Assembly (NCBI GenBank): GCA_030141605.1
Contig: JAQGDQ010000494.1
Span: forward strand, 100,813-164,812
Reading direction: 5' to 3'
Origin: Tubiluchus corallicola
Taxonomy: Eukaryota > Animalia > Priapulida
Length of the DNA stretch: 64,000 bases
Position numbers and translations under genes: made by a program. The notes below the pieces were generated by a model. That model did not search any database and was not told the DNA's origin. It saw only the letters and a program-made list of their open reading frames with translations. Below, in pieces: positions 51,781 through 64,000 of this stretch (the first letter of the stretch is position 1; each line of letters opens with the position of its first letter).

Positions 51781-52689
51781 AATGCGACTTTTACAAACGG
51801 ACAGAACACCGTAGTTAGGACACATCTATGGTCTAACCATAGATGACGGTGTAACATCAATATCTTAGGTTAAACAGAGAAAAACAAACCCAACGTTTAC
51901 TAATGAGTACTTAACTAAGATGCGTTTAAACAACCCAGTGACTTTTACTTCATGAAAGTACAAGGACACAAAATACTTATTATGATAAATTAAATTCACG
52001 GCTTGATTTTTATGCTCATTTATCAATGGTACGCGCGCAAAAGTTACAAACTTGTCCCAGCATGTGATCGAAGTCATTAACAGATACAGATGAGTAATAA
52101 ACGAGGTATTCATTCGCACGAGCCCCAGGCTGTAGTTGCGGACGTGTAATTAAGACAGTAGGCGTCTCTACCGCATTCCAGCCACAGGAGGCAGCACATG
52201 CGCTCGAATGTTTACTGGAATCACTAAGCTAACCGTTTAATTAATCAATTGAAGGCTGCTTGTGGTTGGGCTTTAAATTTTGTTTCATTTTAAGACAAAT
52301 AAATAACGTTTCTACAATTTGCAGTTTTTGAGAAAAGTTTTAACAAAAAAATACTCCTCCATTGAAAACAACATGTCTTGCGCATACGGTGATACTTCAG
52401 TAACTATTGTACCTTGAGCTTAGCCACCACGCAGCCGACCCTTGACTTGGAACCGCCCCCCGTAAACCCCACACGTGCAACTAATTCAAATATAATGCAA
52501 CTCTGAGCAACAATGACGGTAACATTACACAATACACGAGTGTTTATGTATTACAACTCATGTCCCTGAACTTTTCTATAAGTAGATTTACAAACAACAC
52601 ATAAACTTGTTTACAAAACTCTGCTACTGATTTACTGCTTTGAACACCTGGGCAGGTGAGGTAACTCATTTTCTCACTTCCCTGAACAG

Positions 52690-53365
52690 TGCAGAGTTAA
52701 CGAGCACTGGCTGCGTCGGGTACGTGGATAAGTGACTCACTTCCCCGAGGAGCGAACTAGCTCATGCAAGAGTTAAACTTCACTGGATGCATCGAGTACG
52801 TGGATAGGTGAACCACTTCTTTGAGGAGCGAAGGAACTGACCCAAACGAGAGCTAAACAACACTGGCCGCGTCGAGTGTGTGGATACGTGACCCACTTCC
52901 TTGAGAAGAGGAGAAAATGACCTAAACGAGAGTTAAACAGTAGTGGCTACATCGAGTGTGTGGATAGGTGACCCACTTCCTTCAGGAGTAAAGTAATTAC
53001 CCCCACACGAGAGTTAAACAACATTGACTGCCTCGAGTGCGTGGATAGGTGACTTATTTCCGTGAAGAATGGAGTAGACACCCCATACGAGAATTAAGCA
53101 ACACTGGCTTCATCGTGTGCACGGATAAGTGACTTACCTCCTTGAGGAGTGGAGTAGCTACCCCAAATGAAAGTTAAACATCGTCGGCTGCATCGGGTAT
53201 CTGGATAGGTAACTTACTTCCTTGAAGGGTCGAGTAACTGCCCCAAACGAGAGTCAAACAACGCTGACTGCGTCGCGTGTATGGAAAGGTGGCCCAATGT
53301 CTAAGAGAGCAAAGGAACTAGCACAAGTACACGGTAAGCGACTCACTTCCGGGAATAATGGAGTT
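52690..53365 (+). repeat. 80-bp diverged tandem array (about 8 units) with a 5S rRNA ICR-like core
   Basis: Unit anchors (gagttaa-like) at 52694, 52770, 52850, 52930, 53011, 53091, 53171 and 53251. Core gagttaaacaacactggctgcgtcgagtacgtggataggtgacc. Confidence 0.85.
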
Positions 53366-55053
53366 TCTGAGTGTCTACCTGGTCACACTAGAGTCCAGTC
53401 TACCTGGTCACACTAGAGTCCAGTCAACTTCAACCAGCAAATAAATCTTCTTTGCCTTTCAAACCAGATGTATAATTTTCTGTGACACCGCTGCAGGAGT
53501 TACTTCCCTCTTAGCTGCCTTTATTACTTGTTTCCGTCGCCTTTCTCCCAGCTTCCCGGGTTAAAAACCCCATCAAGACTTTGTCCAAAAGAGCAACAAA
53601 AGAGGAAAAAGCCCAGAAAGGGGCGGCACAACTCGGAATTCCTGCTGCTGCCAGCACAAAGGTGTGATGTAAAACCTCTACAGTCGCCATGGTTATAGTC
53701 GCTCGCAGCCTCTGCAGGTGCAATTAAACTCTCTTTTTACTGTGCGCTCAGGACCATTCAGTCACCTTCCCTTTTCTTCCAGTGGTCGTTGCACCCGAGT
53801 CGGTTCCCTCGTTTTATGGGGATTTCAAGCACAAATAAGGCAATGACTCATTAAAATCATAATCAGGTGAGGTAACACCTGAGAAGCTGCGAAAGAAACG
53901 TACCTTTCCGCGTGTTTTCTGGGAGCAACGACTGGAGATGCGGTCATATCGGGTTACAGACTGAGTTCAATGAGTCTGTAAGTATAGAAAAGTGTATGTA
54001 TATACGTGTATGAGTCTGTATACATACATAAATACTTACTTTATTTTACGTTTATTTCAGTACATAAAAACTATCATAAAATAATAAACGAAACACCGTA
54101 GAATAATAAACAAAGCTTAGTTAAAAATCCAATATGAGTGGGTTAGCTTACATTTGAAAAGTTAGTTATTTGATAACTGTGTACAATTTGCCATACTACA
54201 TCATTATTGTTATTAACAGTAACTAAACGAGGAATTTACACAGCTCAACGTGTATAAGCAAAGACAGAGTCACACAGTTTTCCAAGGAAGCCAGAATTTG
54301 TCAATATGGCAAACCGTTTTTGCAAAAATTAAGGTAATTCAACCCCGTAAGCAACAGTTATTGAAAGAGATGTGGCATCATTACCCACAATTCTACTCGT
54401 GCGACACCTGGTGCCCTGAGTGAAAACTCACTGCTACGAATGCTAATAATAGCCACTGGTGCAAGTTTACAATAGAATTTAATGACCCCCTATCCATTGG
54501 GCAGCGAATTTCGTAGCCCTGTCATAACTGACTTCTATTGTTCACTAAAAAGCGAAGGTCAGTTTCTCTCTCTACAGGCGGTGGGTGGTGGCTTTGCTGA
54601 TGATTTTGAGACTCTAAGCCTCAGTGGGTCTAATCACTCTACCGCTAGCACTCAGCACAGCTTGTGAGACCTAATGATTATAATTATGCTCATAAATTAT
54701 TCCTCTGACACCTGACCACCATCGAATAGGCAAAGTCGAAGGTTCCTGAATTGATGAGGTGGCAGATGACAGGGTGGGAAGGGGAGGGGGGCACTCTCAG
54801 ACAAGCTGATTGTCGCCAGGAACGTGTGAAATCTGACAGGCAGGTCAAATTGCTGTGTCAAAATGTCCAGAGTGAAAGTGAATTATTTCTTTAAGTTATT
54901 TTAAAAATGTGTGTTTGTAAAATGTAATCAACCAGTGTGGTTATGCGTGCGTGCGTGTGTGTGTAGTGCTGGCTTGCTGTTAACTATTTCTTGTCACCGT
55001 TGTCTACAATATGAATACAAACGAAGTGCGGTATGCCTAATGCTTCGTGATGT

Positions 55054-55470
<417 letters not shown>

Positions 55471-56034
55471 TGTTGTTAAATTCTATATGAAGGCAGGCCC
55501 ACCACTCGCCTTTCCTGAGGCCAATTTTTCACGCTTCCTTTACAGTTTTCCAAAACCCCTGTTGACTGGATCTGCCCTGTATTTTGTTACGTTGCAAAAA
55601 TGTCGTTTATTTCGATGTGTCAGTGGATCTGCCACACAAATGCACGTTCTGACTTTCTACGAAAAAAAAACGATCATGACAACAGCAAAACGCTACCACC
55701 CCCTTGATTTTCTTATGGAAACCATTAACTTTACAAGAACTAATAAATGGAAAGTGTTGGATCCAAACACACCAGTACCTCCATTCTAGCTTCACTTAGT
55801 GTTGTTTTCGGTCTAGCTTCAGTCATAGGAGAAGTGATGAAATTGAAATTTGTTCACCTGGCTGCGATCTGTTGGGAAATAGGGTACGAAATTGGCAGCC
55901 AAAATCTGAAATTGTTTGACTGGATCTTCCCCTGATGATTGCCTCTGTGTGTTGCTGCTGCTTTTATTTTGTACTGTGGCTTATTAGGGACAGCAAAAAC
56001 AAAAAATAAATTTATTAACTTTTTTTTTTCAACT

Positions 56035-56122
56035 AAGTAACTCGAAGTTTCGACATAGTATCTGAAGTTTCGACTTAGTACCTCCAAGTTTCGACTTAGT
56101 ATAATGTATCTCGAAATTTCTA
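56035..56122. repeat. ~21-bp tandem repeat (aagtttcgacttagtatct)
   Basis: About 4 copies. Confidence 0.8.
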
Positions 56123-56757
56123 GTTAAAAAGTTTTGTTTTTAGTTTTTACCATATCCCTAACAAGCCACCGTAGTTTCGTGCTGCTTTGTACAATTATTT
56201 TTATTCACATCGCTGCTTTAGTCCGTTCTGATTTTGGCGAATATTTCACACAAAAATCAAGCTTTACAGACACCATAATTATTGCTACTGTCTTAAATAC
56301 ACGCTCTAATTTCTCCGCGAGTTAATTACAAGTCTGCCAGGTACAGCACACGCGAGAATTTTCATAAAATATGCGATTAAAACAAATGGAAATTTTCACA
56401 GTTCGACTGCAAAATTTATTAGCTGTCGTCGGTTTTCGATTCAATTCATTCTAGCTTTATTACACACACTGTCATTATAGTGACTTACAGCGTTTTGTAG
56501 CACGGTATCTCAGTTTTCGAACGAACTGCATTAGAATAACTAGTGTTCTAAAACTGTCTTACATAGGGCCTAAGTTCAATGACAAAAATACTGTACCACG
56601 TCCAGAATTGTAAAAACTAGGGACTAAAGCACTCAATGAAAATAAACTACCAACCATAGAAGTACGAATTCTAAATACATGAATACACAGCACACAATTG
56701 TAATTTGCTGATGAATGAACGAGGTAGAGAAACAGAAATATTGTTCTGTTCAGTTTG

Positions 56758-57715
56758 TCACCTAACCTCACCTCACTCCACCTCACATTATCTTTCCTCA
56801 CCTCACTCCCGCTTTACCTTTCATCACTTTACCTCATCTCCCCTCACATTCCTACCTCGCTTTTCCTTACCTCGCATCACGTTATTTTACCGCTCCTCAC
56901 CTCACCTCTCTTTCCCTCATCTCACCTTACATACCTTACCTCGCCTCTCCTCACCTCATCTTACCTGACTTCACCTCACCTCTCCTGTTCTCATCTCACC
57001 TCATCTGGCTCACCTCACCTTGCCTCGCCTCACCTCACTTTATCTCACCTCACCTCTCCTCATCTCACCTCATTTTACCTCGCCTCTCCTCATCTCACCT
57101 CACCTGGCTCACCTCACCTTGCCTCGCCTCACCTCACTTTATCTCACCTCACCTCTCCTCATCTCACCTCATTTTACCTCGCCTCTCCTCATCTCACCTC
57201 ACCTGGCTCACCTCACCTTGCCTCGCCTCACCTCACTTTATCTCACCTCACCTCTCCTCATCTCACCTCATTTTACCTCGCCTCTCCTCATCTCACCTCA
57301 CCTGGCTCACCTCACCGTGCCTCGCCTCACCTCACTTTATCTCACCTCACCTCTCCTCATCTCACCTCGCCTCACCTCACTTTACCTCACCTCACCTCAC
57401 CTCTCCACCTCACCTCACCTCACCTCTCCTCATCTCACCTCACCTGGCTCACCTCACCTCACCTCTCCTCATCTCACCTCACCTGGCTCACCTGACATCA
57501 CCTCACCTCATCTTACTCATTTCACTAGACCTCACCTTATCCTGTACTACTCCAATACGACCTGATTCCATACAATCCCATGACAACTCGTCATATCCCA
57601 TCTCATAGCATCCCCTCCTTTCAGATCCCAGTACAGCCCATCACAAGCCATCGCATCCCAACCCATTCCATCTCATCTCAACCATTCCATTCCACTCCAT
57701 TCCACCCCATCCACA
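56758..57715. repeat. (CTCAC)n satellite with a 99-bp higher-order unit, followed by a CCATT/CCATC tract
   Basis: The 99-bp unit repeats about 4 times at 57005-57400, giving 33-aa periodicity in ORF 56755-57495. Confidence 0.9.
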
Positions 57716-58132
57716 TAAAATTCCAAACATTTAGCGAAATTTTATGGCAATCGAAAAATAAACAAATCTCCCAAACTCAAGACCTTTTCAAACTGTAAAT
57801 CTTTCGTTCTTTTAAAAACCGCATGACGTACAACCTTCGTCTTGATCTATAGAAAAGTAATTACGTAACTAATTAACACCTGAAATTGGGTCATTGATTT
57901 TACTAGAACTGCTTACATGACTTACATGAATTGCTAGGCTAACCACGCACAAGTTTTTCTATAAAAGAACCTAATAAACATTCCAAACACATGTAAACAT
58001 TGAAGTTACAAAAATAGATGGACTCCAGTTTGTAAAACGAAGTGTTGCCTTGGTGGCCATAGCAACCACAGCGGTGCACGTTTTTTGGAAGAACGTAAAT
58101 CTTTTTTTATGATGCCGTAGTTTTAATGCTGT

Positions 58133-58250
58133 AATGCATTTCATTTTTCTACAATGTATTTCAAAAGGTATACGATGGATTTCATTTTCTACAATGTGTT
58201 TCAAAAGGTATACGATGCATTTCATTTTTCTACAATGTATTTCAAAATGT
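58133..58250. repeat. ~41-bp tandem repeat, 3 copies
   Basis: atgcatttcatttttctacaatgtatttcaaaaggtatacg occurs three times. Confidence 0.9.
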
Positions 58251-58426
58251 ATATTCTGCCTTCATCTGACGGAAGTGCTGACGGAAGTGCGCACATCCAA
58301 AACGCCCGTTCCTCGTAATATACTCACAAAAATAAATCAAATAAATAGTCGTAATAATCCGAAAGGAAGAGAAAATGTGTTAAAGTTACTCACACGTGTA
58401 ACAAGGTTTCGTAAACGTAACAGAGG

Positions 58427-58747
<321 letters not shown>

Positions 58748-58955
58748 CTAGGTGCATAATTAATATATAAATATGATGTATTAATAAAACGCCATAACGT
58801 TAAAAAATAAAATCTGTGCATCACTGTGACTATTTTAATGAAAATCAAATCTTCATTAAAATGGTCACAATTATTTGTGGACTGATTTTGCATTAGGAAG
58901 CGAATTAGAGGGAAATTGTATATGTATATATATGTAGTGTATGCACATATGATTA

Positions 58956-59607
58956 ATAAGCTGCAGAAATTTGAATTGGTTCAAGCAGCGCCTGCATATG
59001 GAAAGTCGCCATGCGCTTGCGAAAAGTCACGAAGTCCACCAATTAATTCATAGTTTTCAAGTGAATGATAGTTACCACAGGTCCACAGCACTTGAAAATT
59101 TCTATACAGCGGTAGTATATATTAGTTTCATGGTTTATAGACATTTTTTGCAAATTTCTTTGTTATATTTTTTCTAAGTTTGAGCGATAAAAGTAAAATA
59201 AACCCAACATGCTAAATGACTTGTCCTTTTCTTTAAAATTCACATTCTAAAAATAGTTTTATAATAAAAACTTGCCAAATTTTAAACTAACATTAATTTT
59301 GATGTAGTGTTATGATCAACTCTTATCAATACTTCAAAATGTATAGATAGGACTCAATTGTTTCTGAAGTTCTGACTAAGAGCAATTTTTACAGAAAATG
59401 TCCTCATGTACGCTGATGAACAAAAATGTATAAGTACTTACGTAACCGCCGGGTCTATTGTTGAATGATTATGGAGGGAAGAACCTAACGCATTGTGACC
59501 CACTGAACCAACCGTGTTTTTGTCTGAATTTATTTATTTTGTTATTTATTTTTTTACATCTACGTACCTACTGCAAACTGTTCTAGAAGACTTTTTGTCT
59601 GGCTCCC
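58956..59607 (+). repeat. Left arm of 652-bp inverted duplication
   Basis: Reverse complement of 61866-62517. Identical 68-aa ORFs at 58971-59177(+) and 62296-62502(-). Confidence 0.95.
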
Positions 59608-60721
59608 CATTCATAATTCTGCAAAACTTTTACTGTGGACATTTTCCACTTTTCATTAGGGCAGTTGGCGTAATTCTGTTTACTTCTTACTTTATTGTTT
59701 GAAATCCTAAAAGTACTTTTCACAGTCTCTACGTGTACGCGCTTTTGTTTCCTTAAGAAAAGACAGCGTTACAAATTCATTTAATGTTACAATGAAATAT
59801 GACGATTTTTTTCTTTCTTCGTGGCAATAATTTTATTAAATTTCAGTTTTTCTCGTTAACTTTTTTCCTAATGGAGAACTGCTACGGAACCCAAATATTT
59901 CTCAAACTCACATGCTGTCGCTTGTGGCAGGTGCAAATGCAACATCGGTTTATTTCACACTTACTGATTTTTCTGTTACAGTTCCAAACATTGATGAAAA
60001 TAATGGAAGCAATTACACGTGTGCGTAATTCGAAACCAAAGCCATATTGTTATTAAGCGGCCCATTAACAGATATATGAACCCAGGTAAACACAACATTT
60101 CAATAAGTGTTTAAAGTTTTGCATACACACAGCTTGATGCATGAATAGCATACAACTGACCGAACTAATGGACATCCCTAACTAGTCTTTAGAATTCTAT
60201 ACCCAAGGGCAGAGAACAGCCCCTTTAATTTGTAATGCCCACTCGCACCCTTTGTGCGATGCGTGTACTCTTAACTTCATACAATAGCACGTATTCTCTA
60301 GTAAGAGCTACGCAAACTTTACTAGAATATCGAGAAACACCTTCAGAAATTAATGCATTTAACCTGTTTGTGTTACGTCCTGCCAATACCCTTCGCATGG
60401 GTCTTACTTAAGCCCTTTCTTTTCATTTTTTATCATCGTATTATTTACTTTGCAGAATTTTTTTTAAAACTTATAGTAAGCAAAGACAAATTGCTGCTCT
60501 AAATATGTTTTCGGCGAATTGCCTATACATTTTAGATTTCGCACTATCTATTTTAATGATTTAAGATTTATTTATTACGCTTTTATTTATATACAACATA
60601 AGCATAAAAATTGCACTTCAGTATTACAATAAATTAATTTTAAATCACATGTGCAAATAGCCCAATATGCACATACGTTTGCAAAATCACATACACAACA
60701 TACAATCACGTATAAATCACA

Positions 60722-61320
60722 TTAAAGGAAATGCCAAATCTGCTGGGAAGTTAGGCTTATTTCAATGTTCGCAAGAATAATGTATGAAGGGTTTAGTAAT
60801 AAGCGCCTCGTTTAATTAGTAAAATCATTTTAAAATCGCCATCGCTTCATACTTGGGCGTTCGAATTTTCAATGCCCAGTCTTCTTCCAATGACGTCATT
60901 CGTCCTGAAGAAACGTAGGGCATTGTCAATCTTTTTCAAAAGCATAATAAGTTGTTACAAAAATTAGATAGCTAACTTTGTAATATTTTTGTGTGAACCT
61001 TAGGTAAGCCTAGGTAAGCCTTAGGTAACCTTAGGTAAGCTTAGGAGAGGTACAAAAGTCTGAACTAGTTTAAGCAGCGGCAGCGTGCTATTGTGGAAAC
61101 CCACGATGCTCTTACTAAAAGTCACGAAGTCTCCCAGTTACCTCATAATTTTTAAGTGAATAGCAGCAACCACAGTGCCTGAAAATTTCTATTCAGAGGT
61201 AGTATATTTTAAATTTATGCTTTATAGACAGTTGCTTTACTAATTTTTTGTTATATTTTTAAAAGTTTAAATGACATCAGTAAAATAAACCCATACTGAG
61301 TGACTTGTTCTATCCTTTAA
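60722..61320 (+). mobile_element. ~600-bp TTAA-bounded element (Kolobok-like), family D, diverged copy
   Basis: TTAAagg ... cctTTAA ends. Colinear with the reverse complement of 62237-62808; contains a short ttaggtaagcc tandem. Confidence 0.65.
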
Positions 61321-61865
61321 CAATGAAGTTCGAGTTTGGCGCGTACATAAAAATAGAAATTATATATACATTCTTCGATAGAAGCATTACACGCTTAAAC
61401 TTATGTATTTTACTACATTTAAAATTGGTAGTGACAATTATTTAATAATTTTCATTGACAAAGTAAAAGAACGTGCTGCACATTATGTGCAACTACTGCA
61501 CTACCTGCTTTAAACAGGTTTTAATATAGGTTTCTCTTTATCTACGAAGTTTTGTAGGTTTCGAATTCGATCACAAAATGTATGTGATATCGCTACAGGT
61601 AAGGTGGCTTTTTGGTGCCATTAATTTTACTTTTATGCATGTGTACGAGGCTTAAAATGATTAAATTGTTTTAAAACGTGTAACGAGTCATAAAGCGTAA
61701 GTGTTTTAGATGAAAAGACCATTAAGCGTTCAATTTTTTTCGCCTTTATCAGGAAAAAACGTTAATTTTAAATTCTTAATATCGTCTTTAACAGGAGGGC
61801 TGCGATTCCATATTAGTTTGGTTAGTAATAATTAATATGTAGCTAATCAATAGTCGAGGGCAAAA

Positions 61866-62517
61866 GGGAGCCAGACAAAAAGTCTTCTAGAACAGTTTGC
61901 AGTAGGTACGTAGATGTAAAAAAATAAATAACAAAATAAATAAATTCAGACAAAAACACGGTTGGTTCAGTGGGTCACAATGCGTTAGGTTCTTCCCTCC
62001 ATAATCATTCAACAATAGACCCGGCGGTTACGTAAGTACTTATACATTTTTGTTCATCAGCGTACATGAGGACATTTTCTGTAAAAATTGCTCTTAGTCA
62101 GAACTTCAGAAACAATTGAGTCCTATCTATACATTTTGAAGTATTGATAAGAGTTGATCATAACACTACATCAAAATTAATGTTAGTTTAAAATTTGGCA
62201 AGTTTTTATTATAAAACTATTTTTAGAATGTGAATTTTAAAGAAAAGGACAAGTCATTTAGCATGTTGGGTTTATTTTACTTTTATCGCTCAAACTTAGA
62301 AAAAATATAACAAAGAAATTTGCAAAAAATGTCTATAAACCATGAAACTAATATATACTACCGCTGTATAGAAATTTTCAAGTGCTGTGGACCTGTGGTA
62401 ACTATCATTCACTTGAAAACTATGAATTAATTGGTGGACTTCGTGACTTTTCGCAAGCGCATGGCGACTTTCCATATGCAGGCGCTGCTTGAACCAATTC
62501 AAATTTCTGCAGCTTAT
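61866..62517 (-). repeat. Right arm of 652-bp inverted duplication
   Basis: Coordinates at both ends and at the ORFs all sum to 121473, so there is no net indel between the arms. Confidence 0.95.
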
Positions 62518-62808
62518 CTAATGTTCATACAAAAAGATCACAAACTTAGCTGTCTTATTTTTTGTAAAACTTTTTATATTTTTGATTGAAATTAACAATG
62601 CGCTGCTTTTCTACCGTCGACAAATGACATCATTGGTGGAGGAATGGGGGTTCAAAATGGCAGTGCCCAAACGTGAAATTGTCGTGACTTGAAAATGATT
62701 TTACTAACTACGTGAGGTGCTTATCACATTTATTACTGAATTCTCCTAACGTTCTTGTAACATGCAAACACTGAAAAAAACTAATTTCCTAGACGGCTTG
62801 GCCTTTAA
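62237..62808 (-). mobile_element. Family D TTAA-bounded element, full copy
   Basis: TTAAag...gcctTTAA. Only its 62237-62517 part is included in the inverted duplication. Confidence 0.65.
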
Positions 62809-64000
62809 TGGATAGATACATCATCGTTGATGTACCATCAGCCAAGTACGAAGTCTGTTTCACTTTGTAGTAAATAATCTGTTGTTTATGTTGCTGGTTT
62901 ACAAAAGTGACAGCTATAACTATAAGTAGTAATGCTAAACCTAGTGATCAGATACATTAGGTAGATAAACGTTTGACTTAAAATTCCTTATTACCTTAAG
63001 TTTTAGCAAATTTTAATTAAAATTGTTGTATCCCTAAACGTGCCTTTGTAATAAATTATAAATTTAATAAAGGCGGCCATGTCATCAAAATTAAATTAGC
63101 AAGCATTCGAGAAGCCAAGAATTGAGTACGTGCCCCAGTTTATAAGGTGAAAAACCAATAAGTAGATTTAACACTTTCTCCAATTGCGAACTTTTGTTTG
63201 TGACCAGAATTTGCTATCAATAACGCGACGCTGCCATAATAACGCCACGTTTAGATTGAGAAGTACCGTGTTAAGTGGCCTACGCTTGCATTTCGTGCAC
63301 AAAAACCCTCTGTCTTCAAAATAACCACCATCGCGCTACAGTTCTGGTGTTCCCCAAGGGTCTACACTCTCCTGTATAAGCACCAGCGTTCACAAACATG
63401 TTCCATTTCTTCATGTATTATGAAACACCGACGGTTTTTTCAGAGAAATGGGCTTTCTTTCATATGATAATAGCTTTATTATATATATCAGGAAGGATAA
63501 ATGTTTAAAATACGTCCAATGGAAGATTGGACTGAACCACCTTAGCAAATGCCATGTTATTACAGCAACTGGTTAATTATATTCATGACTTTGTAGGGGA
63601 TTTGGCTCTCAGTCTTTTCTCATGCTAATCCAGTAAATAATTGGCCCCAGAAAGGCGTGCTGATGGTTTATATAAACAGCATTGTATTACGTAAAATTTT
63701 AATTATCCGGACTGGTGAAGAACAATATAAAGTGTGTGACAGTCACTGATTTCCTTAGCTGCAGAAAAAATGATAAAATTTAAAACAGGAATAAGCGATT
63801 TAAAAAATAAAATAAAATAAATAAAGAGCTTAGCCTATACAGCACGCGCTACACAAAAATGAAAATTTAAAACTTCAAAAATTTAGTGGTAATTACCTAA
63901 TGCTTGCCTTCGTCTCTTACAAAAATACTGAAATGCGGTGTCCACCAATGTTTACGTTGAATTTTATTATACTATGTAATACGGAAAAGTCTGAAACAAG

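Noticed and set aside
52690-53365. CRISPR-like array (regular period with conserved and variable parts)
   Set aside because: The variable parts are homologous between units rather than unique spacers, there are no cas genes, and the context is eukaryotic.
56755-57565. Ser/Pro/His-rich 246-aa ORF resembling an extensin or mucin
   Set aside because: Translation of the CTCAC satellite; open in several frames with no splice or start context.
58971-62502. Two identical 68-aa ORFs as a duplicated gene
   Set aside because: They start at a non-ATG codon, lie in a non-coding repeat element, and are identical only because of the inverted duplication. The diverged third copy does not keep the frame.

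Overview
AT-rich eukaryotic DNA, most likely from an invertebrate animal. One protein-coding gene is supported: a two-exon CABIT-domain adaptor of the GAREM/THEMIS/Serrano family on the + strand. Exon 1 CDS is 6044-6512, a 35.9-kb phase-1 GT-AG intron follows, and exon 2 CDS is 42408-44011, giving 690 aa if spliced directly. The rest is intronic or intergenic DNA dense with non-autonomous DNA transposons (piggyBac-like, TTAA-bounded Kolobok-like, PIF/Harbinger-like and a TTCGAA-rich MITE family), tRNA-derived SINEs, LINE remnants (RTE, CR1/L2-like), minisatellites and microsatellites. The most unusual items are an 80-bp tandem array whose units resemble the 5S rRNA internal control region (52690-53365), a gap-free 652-bp inverted duplication (58956-62517), a hammerhead-ribozyme-like motif upstream of the gene (about 4000-4042, minus strand) and a young GC-rich retroposon with an 18-bp TSD (35748-36103). 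Family assignments come from motif recognition by eye; no database search was run. Most short ORFs in the track are spurious or come from repeats.
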